Shown here one piece after another: positions 20,306-28,697 of a DNA stretch of 64,000 bases. Both the position numbers and the translations under genes were made by a program. The DNA comes from an uncultured Chloroflexia bacterium (lineage in GTDB: Bacteria > Chloroflexota > Limnocylindria > Limnocylindrales > CSP1-4): assembly GCA_963768655.1 (NCBI GenBank), contig CAVYIM010000004.1:672001-736000 (forward strand), given 5' to 3'. Every line of letters starts with the position of its first letter. Within the stretch, counting starts at the first letter, position 1. The notes beneath the pieces are model-generated. The model made no database searches, was not told the DNA's origin, and saw only the letters and a program-made list of their open reading frames with translations.

Positions 20306-20748
20306 GACTTCGCTCCGGCAGATCGGAGCGCAATCAAAGCTTCCGAGAACTGGTTCATGTGCCTGGCGAAGTTCTCGGCGCAGACCGAGCAGATGGCCGC
20401 CATCTTCAGCCGCTGCGGTGAGAGGCCCTCCGACTTCAGCAGCGTCTGTGCCTCGGCGACGATCCTCGACGCCCGCCTGGCGCAGTCGGGCAGGTAGGCG
20501 CACTCGTCCCCGTCCGAGGCGATGAAGACGCCCTCGAATCCCTGCTTGATGGCGTGAAGGATCCACGACGGACGGATGCCGCTGGTGCAGGGCACGCTGA
20601 TGACGCGTACCCCGGGCGAGTAGTGCAGGTGGGCGCTGCCGGCCAGGTCGATGCCCGGGTCGGAGATGTTGTTGGTGGAGAACACGAGAATCCGCGGTGC
20701 TGGCGCCGGGACCTTCTCGTCCACCGGGGCGGCGGCGAGCGCGGTCAT
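20302..20748 (-). CDS. MvhD/FlpD-like subunit with non-canonical cysteine pattern
   Basis: RILVF...GIDLAG...YSPGVRVISVPCTSG..ILHAIKQGFEGVFI...ECAY...QRL matches the MvhD fold. The N-terminal CCxWC is absent and a C-terminal CSVC is present. Confidence 0.8.
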   Translation of the reverse strand: MTALAAAPVDEKVPAPAPRILVFSTNNISDPGIDLAGSAHLHYSPGVRVISVPCTSGIRPSWILHAIKQGFEGVFIASDGDECAYLPDCARRASRIVAEAQTLLKSEGLSPQRLKMAAICSVCAENFARHMNQFSEALIALRSAGAKS

Positions 20749-20821
20749 CGATCCAATGCTCCTGCGTGGGTTTGAGAAGGCCGAGCCGAAGGGGCGGCCT
20801 GCCGATCGAGAGCCCGGTCGA

Positions 20822-21085
20822 CTACTTGCCGCGCCGAATGAAGACGCGGTCGTAGCCGTCAGCCTCGATGACACCGAGAAATTCGTGGCCTACCTTGTCT
20901 GCCCATGCGCCCATGTCCGTCTTGGTGACGGGGTCGCTAGACCAGACCTCGATGACGTCGCCCACGGCGACCTTGCCCATGCCCTTCTTGGCCTCGAGGA
21001 GCGGGCCCGGGCATGCGGAACCGCGGGCGTCGATGATCTCGGCGGCTGATATCGTTTCGAGCTCGGCTACGTTCAGGGCGCTCAT
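20822..21085 (-). CDS. tusA: Sulfur carrier TusA/SirA family protein (second)
   Basis: IDARGSACPGPLL, SSDPVTKTDMGAW. Confidence 0.9.
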   Translation of the reverse strand: MSALNVAELETISAAEIIDARGSACPGPLLEAKKGMGKVAVGDVIEVWSSDPVTKTDMGAWADKVGHEFLGVIEADGYDRVFIRRGK

Positions 21086-21108
21086 GGCTCTCTCCGTATG
21101 TGGGTGGA

Positions 21109-21474
21109 CTAGTAGGTCAGGGCGTTGGTGGCCGAGGTCAGCTCGGCGACGAACCGCGCGGCGGCCACGACCTCCGCGTTCTCGACCAGCTGAGTGGCCG
21201 TGTCGATCTGGCGCGACTTGACGCACGGTCCGCAGATGAGGATCTTGCCGCCCAGCTCGCGGTAGTCGTTCATGAGCTTGGCAAGCGGCGGGAACCCCTC
21301 GGCCGCGACCGAGTCGGCGCGTCCCTTGACCGCGATCTCTACACCATCTGCCTGGAGCCCGATGACCGCTTCGACATCCGAGACCAGGGCGGCGACTGCC
21401 ATCACGAAGGGGATCGTGACGTGCTCGGGATGATCCGGACCGTGCGTGACCATGAAGAGCAGCTTTTCGGACAT
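21109..21474 (-). CDS. DsrE family protein
   Basis: KLLFMVTHGPDHPE..PFVMAVAAL..LQADGV, ILICGPCVKSR (CxxC). Confidence 0.88.
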   Translation of the reverse strand: MSEKLLFMVTHGPDHPEHVTIPFVMAVAALVSDVEAVIGLQADGVEIAVKGRADSVAAEGFPPLAKLMNDYRELGGKILICGPCVKSRQIDTATQLVENAEVVAAARFVAELTSATNALTY

Positions 21475-21516
21475 CGGTTCTCATTGCCTCCAATGGGTGA
21501 CGATACGATCGGGTGG

Positions 21517-21891
21517 TCAGAGCGTGGGTTCGATTGCCTCGGGGGTCGCCTGCGTCGAGCTCTCGAATGAAGCGGCCAGATCGCCGAGCCGGGCGATCCG
21601 CCGGATGAGCACCTGCCGCATCAGCCCGCACGCGGCCACGATCTCGGGATCGGCGAGCCGGTATCGGACCTCGCGGCCGTCTCGCACGGCTTCAACGATG
21701 CCGACGCCACGAAGAGCTGCGAGGTGCTGGGAGATGGCTGGCTGCGGCATGCCGAAGTGTTCGGCGAGCTTGCGGACCTCGACCGGGCCCGCCTCGCCCA
21801 GATAGTGGACGAGCTCCAACCGCCGTGGGCTGGCCAGCGTCTTTAGGAGGGTGGCCTGCAGGGCGTATATGCCGTCGGCCGGTCGCAACAT
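21517..21891 (-). CDS. ArsR/SmtB family transcriptional regulator (paralog of 8259)
   Basis: LKTLASPRRLEL, QPAISQHLAALR, RDGREVRYRLADPEIVAAC. Confidence 0.92.
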   Translation of the reverse strand: MLRPADGIYALQATLLKTLASPRRLELVHYLGEAGPVEVRKLAEHFGMPQPAISQHLAALRGVGIVEAVRDGREVRYRLADPEIVAACGLMRQVLIRRIARLGDLAASFESSTQATPEAIEPTL

Positions 21892-22135
21892 CGTCAGTCC
21901 TCTCGCTTTCAGTTCGCAGACCGGAGCCTCGCTCGCCTTCGCCCGATCAGGACGGGCCCGGCATCACGATGATCTCCAGGCGAGCATGTATGCGTGATCC
22001 ATGAATAGATCTTGCGATTGCATATGACTACATGCCGAATGTCACGTCCCTGTCGTCCTTCGGCCCAAACTCGCCGGAACGCAAGCGAGCGGCTGGCTGC
22101 CGGGCGTTTCGAGGCGCCCGCCCTACAATCGCGCT

Positions 22136-23506
22136 ATGAACTTCTCTGATCGCACGGGTCGGACCGGCGCCTCCACGGGACGGGTCTTCCAGAGAGTCAT
22201 CGGGCGCGAGCTGCCGGTCGCGGTGCGGGCGGAAGACTGCACCATCTGGGACGCGCAAGGTCGGGCCTATCTGGACGCGGCGGGCGGCGCGATCGTCGTG
22301 AACGTGGGCCACGGGCGACAGTCGATCGTGGATGCGATGGAGCGACAGGCGCGGGCATTCACGTACGTCCACGGCACGACCTTCACGACCGAGCCGCTCG
22401 AAACGTACGCCCGAGCGGTGGGCCGCTACCTGCCCGTGGACGATCCGGCGATCTACCCGGTAAGCGGCGGCTCGGAGGCGATCGAGAGCTGCTTGAAGCT
22501 GGTTCGGGCCTATCACCTGGCCCGGCGCGAGCCCGACCGGACCGTCGTCATCGCCCGGTGGGGGAGCTACCACGGCAACTCGATGGGCGCGCTGGATCTC
22601 TCGGGTCGCGAGCCGCTGCGCCGCCCCTACGAACCGTGGCTGGGGCGCTTCCGCCACGTCAGCGCCGCGTATCCCTATCGCGCGGGAGAAACCGCCGCGC
22701 ATGCCCTGGGCGACACGGCCGCTCTCGTCGCCGAGCTGGAGTCGGCCATCGCAGAAGCGGGGCCCGGCAGGGTCGCGGCGTTCGTAGCCGAACCCATCGT
22801 CGGCGCCACGCTTGGCGCCGTGGCCCCGCCCGACGACTACTGGCCGGCGATCGCGGAGGTCTGCCGCCGCCACGGCGTGGTGCTCGTCGCCGACGAAGTG
22901 ATGACCGGCTTCGGGCGGACGGGGCGCTGGTTCGGGATGGATCACTGGGGCGTGCGGGCCGACGTGATGGCGGCGGCAAAGGGCGTGGCCGGCGGCTACT
23001 TCCCACTGGGCCTGGCCGTGGCGAGCGGCAACGTCTACGAGACGATCACGGCGGGCAGCGGCTTCGTCCACGGGTTCACGTACAGCCACTCCCCGGTGGG
23101 GGCGGCCGTGGCCCTCGAGGTGCTTCGGATCCTGGAAACGGAGAAGCTCGTCGAGGCCAGCGCCGCCAGGGGCGAGCGGCTGCTCGCGCTCGTCGGCGAG
23201 CGGCTCGGCGGCCATCCCAACGTCGGCGAGGTCCGCGGTCGCGGGTTGCTGGTGGGCGTGGAGCTCGTCGCCGACCGCGCCACGCGGCGCCCCTTCCCGC
23301 GGGCCGCGAAGCTGATCGAAAGCGTCATGGCCGGCGCCGCCGAGAAGGGCTTGCTGCTATACCACGGCACGGGCAACGCGGACGGCACGAACGGCGACAC
23401 CGTGCTGCTGGGGCCGCCGTTCGTCGTCACCGACAAGGAGCTGGAGACGATCGCCGACCGCCTCGGCGAGGCGGTCGAGCGAGCCGCCGCCGGCGTTTCG
23501 GCGTAG
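22136..23506 (+). CDS. Class III PLP-dependent aminotransferase
   Basis: YLDAAGG, SGGSEA, SYHG, AEPIVG, DEVMTGFGRTG, AKGVAGGY, HGFTY. Leaderless start with TACAAT 6 nt before the ATG. Confidence 0.93.
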   Translation: MNFSDRTGRTGASTGRVFQRVIGRELPVAVRAEDCTIWDAQGRAYLDAAGGAIVVNVGHGRQSIVDAMERQARAFTYVHGTTFTTEPLETYARAVGRYLPVDDPAIYPVSGGSEAIESCLKLVRAYHLARREPDRTVVIARWGSYHGNSMGALDLSGREPLRRPYEPWLGRFRHVSAAYPYRAGETAAHALGDTAALVAELESAIAEAGPGRVAAFVAEPIVGATLGAVAPPDDYWPAIAEVCRRHGVVLVADEVMTGFGRTGRWFGMDHWGVRADVMAAAKGVAGGYFPLGLAVASGNVYETITAGSGFVHGFTYSHSPVGAAVALEVLRILETEKLVEASAARGERLLALVGERLGGHPNVGEVRGRGLLVGVELVADRATRRPFPRAAKLIESVMAGAAEKGLLLYHGTGNADGTNGDTVLLGPPFVVTDKELETIADRLGEAVERAAAGVSA

Positions 23507-23548
23507 CCGCCGCACCCGCGTCGACCCGGCCGCCGCCGGCGTTTCGGT

Positions 23549-25963
23549 TCAGCCGGCCGCCGACTCGGGCGTCGGCCGTGCCAGCCGGCCGCTTCGACCG
23601 CCTTCGTCTCGGAGCCCAGGCTCCAGTCCCGATCCAGGCTCCCGCGTGTCGCATTCGTACTCGGTCGCTACGTGGCTGAAGCCGAGCCGGCTCGAGAGAG
23701 CTGACACCTGCGACGGCGCCCACCAGGCCCAGCGGCCGAGCAGCCGCATCGTCGCGGGCACCAGCAGGGCCCGGATGACCGTGGCGTCGATCAGGACGGC
23801 GATCGCCATCCCGACGCCGAGGCTCTTGATGATGATCAGGTCGCCGGTCCCGAAGGCGGCGAACACCGACACCATGATCAGCGCGGCGCCCGTGATCACC
23901 CGGCCGGTTCTGGCGAGCCCGTCCGCGACCGCTCGGGTGGTGTCGCCGTCACGTCGGTATGCCTCCTGGATACGCGACAGCAACAGGACCTCGTAGTCCA
24001 TCGACAGCCCGAATATGACGCTGAACATCAGGACCGGAACGATGGCCACGGTGAACCCGGGGGACGAGAAGCCGAGCGGGCCGGCGAGATTGCCGTCCTG
24101 GAATATCCAGACCAGCGCTCCGAAGCTTGCGGTCAGCGACAGCAGCGTCATCACGACCGCCTTGAGCGGCAGAACCACCGACCCGAACTGGAGCAGCAGC
24201 ATGACGGCCATGGCCGCCAGGATGAATACAACGGCGCCCGGCAGCTCCTGGTTCTGAGCCGTCAAGAAGTCGAGCGCGGCGGCGTCGGAGCCGCCCACCG
24301 CGACCTGCAGCCCGGGTCCCGTGTTCAGTCCACGGATCGTCTGCACGAGCGCCTGAGCGCCGGTGGAGCCCGCGAGCGGGCTGATGACCTGGAGATGAAC
24401 GGTCGATCCATGCACGTCCGCGGCGATCAGAGCATTCAGCGCGGCAGGACGCGAGCCCGCCGGGGACGAAAGAACGGCTGCGGCCGTCGAAGACGGCATC
24501 GGCCGGCCCGACGAGTCGGTCAGCGAAAAGGGACCGTCCACCTGGGTGACGCCCGCCAGGCCGCCCAGTCGCGCCGAGTAGTCGGTCAGCGAGGCGGCGT
24601 TCGAGGCTGTCAGCGGGTTGCCCGGTACCGTGACGAGAACATCGATCGGGCTGGTCTCGCCCGCCGGGAAGTCGGTTTCGATGGTGTCCCAGGCCTGGCG
24701 TGCCTGGTTGCTGACGGGTAGGACACTCGCGCCGGGCAGGCCCCCTCGTTCGCCCAGGAACGGCAGGCCGAAGGCGAGCAGCAGGGCCAGGATCGGCGCC
24801 AGAACGGCCACCGGCCGGCGCATCACCGCGGACGCGATTCGCTCCCACAGTCCGGCGCGGGCAGTCGAGCCCGCCGTCGAGCCGGCGGCAGCGGCGGCTG
24901 CGGCGGCACTCGAACGCCGGAGCGTCAGGACGGCGGGAACTCGGATTCGCAAGCGCTCGACGCGCGGTCCGAGCATGCCCAGCACGGCCGGCAGGAAGGT
25001 CAGCGCGTATACCACCGAGCAGATTGCGATCAACGCGCCGCCGATGCCCATCGAGCTGAGCGTCGGCGCTCGAAACAGCAGCAGGCCGGAGAGGCCGATG
25101 GCTACGGCAGTTCCTGAGAAGGCGACGGCCTTTCCGCTCGTCGCCACCGCCTTCTCGACGGCCTCCTGTACGGAGGCGCCGCAGGCCATCTCCTCCCGGA
25201 AGCGGCTGACCATGAAGAGCGAGTAGTCGATCGCCAGGGCCAGGCCCAGCATCGTCACCACGCTCGTGACGAAGATGCTCATGGTCAGTCGCTGGGCCAC
25301 GACCCAGACCAGGGCCAGCGTGGTCGGGATCGTCAGGCCGGCGACGAAGAGCGGCAGTCCGGCCGCAACGAGCGAGCCGAACACGAGCATCAGTATGAGG
25401 AGCGCGACCGGCAGCGATATCGTCTCGGCCTGGGCCAGGTCCTTCTCGGACTGGGCGGACATGGCCGCGCTCAGCGGCGCGGCACCGGTCAGGGCGACGT
25501 CAAAGCCCGGAGGTGTTGATATCTCGGCCTGGATGCTGTCCACGGCGGAGATGGCAGCGTCGGCGCTCATGTTCAGATTGACGAGTACCCAGCTGGCGTC
25601 GCCGGTCGTGCCGATGAAGCGCGGGTCGGCGGTCTGGGCGTAGCCGACGATCGAGGCCACGCGCGGGTCTGAGCCCAGGCGGGCGAGCGCCTGCGTGATC
25701 TCACCCTGGAAGGCCGGGCTCGCCGCATCGTTCCGGCCGGGCGCCTCGAATAGCACCACCATCGAGCTGCCGCCCTGTCCGAAGTCGCTGACCAGCCGCT
25801 GCGCGACCTGCTGTGATTCGGAGCTCGGGTCGTACCAGCCGCCGGTCGTCAGGACCGAAGAGACCCGAGAAGCGAAGGCGAGCGACAGCACAGCGACGGC
25901 GACCGCCAGTCCGGCGACAAGGCGTCGATGCCGATAGACGAAGCGCCCCCAACGAGGAAACAT
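23549..25963 (-). CDS. MMPL family (RND) transporter
   Basis: GLALAIDYSLFMVSRFREE and FGLSMDYEVLLLSRIQE, about 12 TM segments, RALLVPA. Confidence 0.93.
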   Translation of the reverse strand: MFPRWGRFVYRHRRLVAGLAVAVAVLSLAFASRVSSVLTTGGWYDPSSESQQVAQRLVSDFGQGGSSMVVLFEAPGRNDAASPAFQGEITQALARLGSDPRVASIVGYAQTADPRFIGTTGDASWVLVNLNMSADAAISAVDSIQAEISTPPGFDVALTGAAPLSAAMSAQSEKDLAQAETISLPVALLILMLVFGSLVAAGLPLFVAGLTIPTTLALVWVVAQRLTMSIFVTSVVTMLGLALAIDYSLFMVSRFREEMACGASVQEAVEKAVATSGKAVAFSGTAVAIGLSGLLLFRAPTLSSMGIGGALIAICSVVYALTFLPAVLGMLGPRVERLRIRVPAVLTLRRSSAAAAAAAAGSTAGSTARAGLWERIASAVMRRPVAVLAPILALLLAFGLPFLGERGGLPGASVLPVSNQARQAWDTIETDFPAGETSPIDVLVTVPGNPLTASNAASLTDYSARLGGLAGVTQVDGPFSLTDSSGRPMPSSTAAAVLSSPAGSRPAALNALIAADVHGSTVHLQVISPLAGSTGAQALVQTIRGLNTGPGLQVAVGGSDAAALDFLTAQNQELPGAVVFILAAMAVMLLLQFGSVVLPLKAVVMTLLSLTASFGALVWIFQDGNLAGPLGFSSPGFTVAIVPVLMFSVIFGLSMDYEVLLLSRIQEAYRRDGDTTRAVADGLARTGRVITGAALIMVSVFAAFGTGDLIIIKSLGVGMAIAVLIDATVIRALLVPATMRLLGRWAWWAPSQVSALSSRLGFSHVATEYECDTREPGSGLEPGLRDEGGRSGRLARPTPESAAG

Positions 25964-26072
25964 GACCGTCCCTTTCGTGAACTGAGGGCGCGCCGGAGAC
26001 TGATTCCCCAGCTGACCCTGTGCGCGATGGACGGTCGGCCGACCGGCGCCGGAGTCCCCTCCGACGTCAAGA

Positions 26073-26102
26073 AGAATAGGGATTCTCTATTCTCTTTGTC
26101 AA
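26073..26102. promoter_or_regulatory. TetR operator palindrome overlapping the MMPL promoter
   Basis: AGAATAGGGA-T-TCTCTATTCT (26073-26093, 9/10 arms). On the minus strand, TTGACA (26102-26097) is followed 18 bp later by TATTCT. Confidence 0.7.
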
Positions 26103-26186
26103 CTACCCGTCTCGCGGGACGGCTCCGTTTGAATTGCCCGGCGGTCGGGATATGATGGGGAACGGCGATTCCCTTTGTGGTGAGGC

Positions 26187-26843
26187 ATGCCTCGAGTCAC
26201 TGCGGAGCACGAACAAGCGGTCCGGGCCCGGATAGTCGATGCCGCGATCAACGTCTTCGGCGAGCTGGGTTACGAGCGGGCGAGCGTCCAGGATGTGGTC
26301 CGGGAGAGTGGCCTGTCCGTCGGCGCCGTCTACACCCACTTCCGGAGCAAGGAGGAGCTCTTCCTCGTTGCCTGCGCTTGCGAGGCGGAGACGGAAGCTT
26401 CGACGCTGAAACTGCGACTGGCCGAGCTCGGGTCGCTTCCGGATCGCCTGCGCGTGGCCGTCGACTGGGCCATCCAGTCGGTGGTCGTCGGCGGCACCCT
26501 CAAGAGCGCCCTCGCGCACGCCTGGCCCCTGGCCCAATCGTCGTCCGATCTGCGCGAGATCCTTCGCGCGCGCCGGGCCGCGCTGGTCGGCTTTGCCGCG
26601 TCCATCCTGGGGGAAGCCCGCGATCGTGGCGAACTGCCGGTCTGGATCGACGTGGACGCAGTGGCATCGGCCTGGGTCACGCTGGTGGATGGGTTTGCGG
26701 TGCGCGGGGCTGAAGATGGCGGGCTCTCGCCCGAGGAAGCGCGGCGGGAGGCGTATTCGTTGCTCGAGCTACTGCTCGCGGCGCCCGCAGCCATGCCGGC
26801 GGCTGTCGACAGGGTGCGCCGGGCCGCGTCTGAGCCTGCCTGA
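26187..26843 (+). CDS. TetR/AcrR family transcriptional regulator
   Basis: RIVDAAINVFGELGYERASVQDVVRESGLSVGAVYTHFRSKEELF. Divergent from MMPL, with TTGAAT-16-TATGAT upstream. Confidence 0.93.
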   Translation: MPRVTAEHEQAVRARIVDAAINVFGELGYERASVQDVVRESGLSVGAVYTHFRSKEELFLVACACEAETEASTLKLRLAELGSLPDRLRVAVDWAIQSVVVGGTLKSALAHAWPLAQSSSDLREILRARRAALVGFAASILGEARDRGELPVWIDVDAVASAWVTLVDGFAVRGAEDGGLSPEEARREAYSLLELLLAAPAAMPAAVDRVRRAASEPA

Positions 26844-26993
26844 TCCCGGCCTTCAGTCGATTCGACGCGCCCATTCGGAAAGTTCCGCAGTGCCTGCCGG
26901 CCACTAGGTCACCGTTCCTACGCCGTCCAGCGCAGCCGAGAATCGCCCATGTGAGTGATGTCAACGGGCAGTGTGAACCCGTAGGGTTCATCC

Positions 26994-28697
26994 ATGGTCG
27001 CAGCACATTCGGATTCGGGCGCGCCCGGGTCGTCGCGCCACGCCAGCCCGAGGCCGATGGCCCCCGCGCTTCGAGGCGCGCGGCTCGCCCTGGTGCTGGC
27101 CTGGCTTCCAGTTCTGGTCCTGGGGTTGCTGGCGACCGTCGATGCCTTCGGACTTGCCAGCGACTTCGCCGTCGCGGCCTGGACCTCGGGGCTATGGATG
27201 ATCGGCCTCACTCTCGTCGCCGGAATCCGTGACCTGCGGGCGGCCGAGGCCCGAACGGGCGCCGCGCTCGAGCGAGCCGTCGCGGCGGAGACCGCGCAGC
27301 GGGCCCGCGCCGACGAGCTGGCCGAGATCCTGCGAGCCAGCGAAGGGCTGGTGCTGACCGGCGAGGGCAAGCTCGACTTCATGGGCATCCTGGCAGCCAT
27401 CACGCCGGCGGGGTGCACGTCCTACCTGGCCCAGGTAGAAGGCGGGGTCGAGTCACTGGTTGTGGCCGCGCATGGACCGCTCGCTCCGTGGGTCATCGGC
27501 CTGCGAAAGCCGCTGGACGCCGGCAGCGACGACACCGACCGACGGACCAGCCCTCTGACCTCGTACAGCGCCGGCGGTCACGTTGTCGGTGTTGCGGCCG
27601 GCCTGATCGACCTGCCGGGGATGGAGACCGAGATCGAAGCCGCCCTCAGCGTCCGCCTGATCGACCACAGCGGCCGCTCGCTCGGGTGGCTGAACCTTCT
27701 CGACCCGATTGACGAGCGGATCCTCGATTCGACTTTCGTGAACCTCGCCCAGCTGGTGGCGAGCCAGATCGGCGTCGCCATGGAGAACCAGGCGCTCCTG
27801 GCCCGGGCCCAGCGCCAGGTAATCGAGGTCCAGCGGGTCCAGCAGCAGCTGGTCCGAGCCAGCAAGCTCGGAGCCATGGGTGAGCTGGCGGCTGCCGTGG
27901 CGCACGAGGTGAACAACCCGCTCACCGGCATCCTGGGCTTCTCCGAGTTGCTGCTGGCCGAGCTGCCGGCCGACGATCCCCGTCATCAGGAGGCATCGAC
28001 GATCCAGGCCGAGGCGGTCCGTGCCCGGGCCATCATTCGATCACTGCTGGAGTTCGCCAGGCCGCGTCCGCCGCAACGGATCCCGAGCGACATCAACGGC
28101 CTGATCCGGTCAACCCTGGATCTCATCCGCTTTGGCACCCAGGAGGCCGGCATCCGGATCGCGGAGGAGTACGGCGAGCTGCCGTGCCTTGAGATCGACC
28201 CGGACGCCCTCAAGCAGGTTCTGGTGAACCTGTTCAGCAACGCAATCCAGGCAATGCCCAGCGGCGGCGAGCTTCGCGTCTCGACGCTCACCGCGGACGA
28301 CCGGATCGGAATCGTCGTCGCGGATAGCGGGATCGGCATGGATCCTCAGACCAGGACCCACATCTTCACTCCGTTCTTCTCGACGCGGGCCGCAGCCGGC
28401 GGCGGCACCGGCCTCGGCCTGTCGGTTAGCCTGCAGATCATCGAGGGCCACGGCGGATCGATCGAAGTCGAGAGCGAACCCACCAAGGGTTCCGTCTTCA
28501 CCGTGTGGCTGCCGCTCTCGTGGTCCGCGTTCGATGGCGCCGTCATCGTGCCGGGCATGGAGCGGCTGGGCTCGGACCGCCCCGTCTCAGACCACGCGGG
28601 CACTCCGACCGGCGAGAATGCGCGCGACACCAGTCCAGTCTCCTGTGGCGACGCAGCCGGTGTCGGATCCGGCAGGCGAGCGGTGGTGGCGGCATGA
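26994..28697 (+). CDS. Sensor histidine kinase (2 TM, GAF-like, HisKA, HATPase)
   Basis: AHEVNNPL H-box, NLFSNA, DSGIGM, FTPFFST, GTGLGLS. Confidence 0.92.
   Translation: MVAAHSDSGAPGSSRHASPRPMAPALRGARLALVLAWLPVLVLGLLATVDAFGLASDFAVAAWTSGLWMIGLTLVAGIRDLRAAEARTGAALERAVAAETAQRARADELAEILRASEGLVLTGEGKLDFMGILAAITPAGCTSYLAQVEGGVESLVVAAHGPLAPWVIGLRKPLDAGSDDTDRRTSPLTSYSAGGHVVGVAAGLIDLPGMETEIEAALSVRLIDHSGRSLGWLNLLDPIDERILDSTFVNLAQLVASQIGVAMENQALLARAQRQVIEVQRVQQQLVRASKLGAMGELAAAVAHEVNNPLTGILGFSELLLAELPADDPRHQEASTIQAEAVRARAIIRSLLEFARPRPPQRIPSDINGLIRSTLDLIRFGTQEAGIRIAEEYGELPCLEIDPDALKQVLVNLFSNAIQAMPSGGELRVSTLTADDRIGIVVADSGIGMDPQTRTHIFTPFFSTRAAAGGGTGLGLSVSLQIIEGHGGSIEVESEPTKGSVFTVWLPLSWSAFDGAVIVPGMERLGSDRPVSDHAGTPTGENARDTSPVSCGDAAGVGSGRRAVVAA

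Noticed and set aside
14441-20748. Canonical QmoABC of sulfate reducers or the sHdr sulfur-oxidation system
   Set aside because: No aprAB/sat, hdrB (CCG domain) or lbpA in the window, and the domain architecture differs (GltD insert, separate atypical MvhD).
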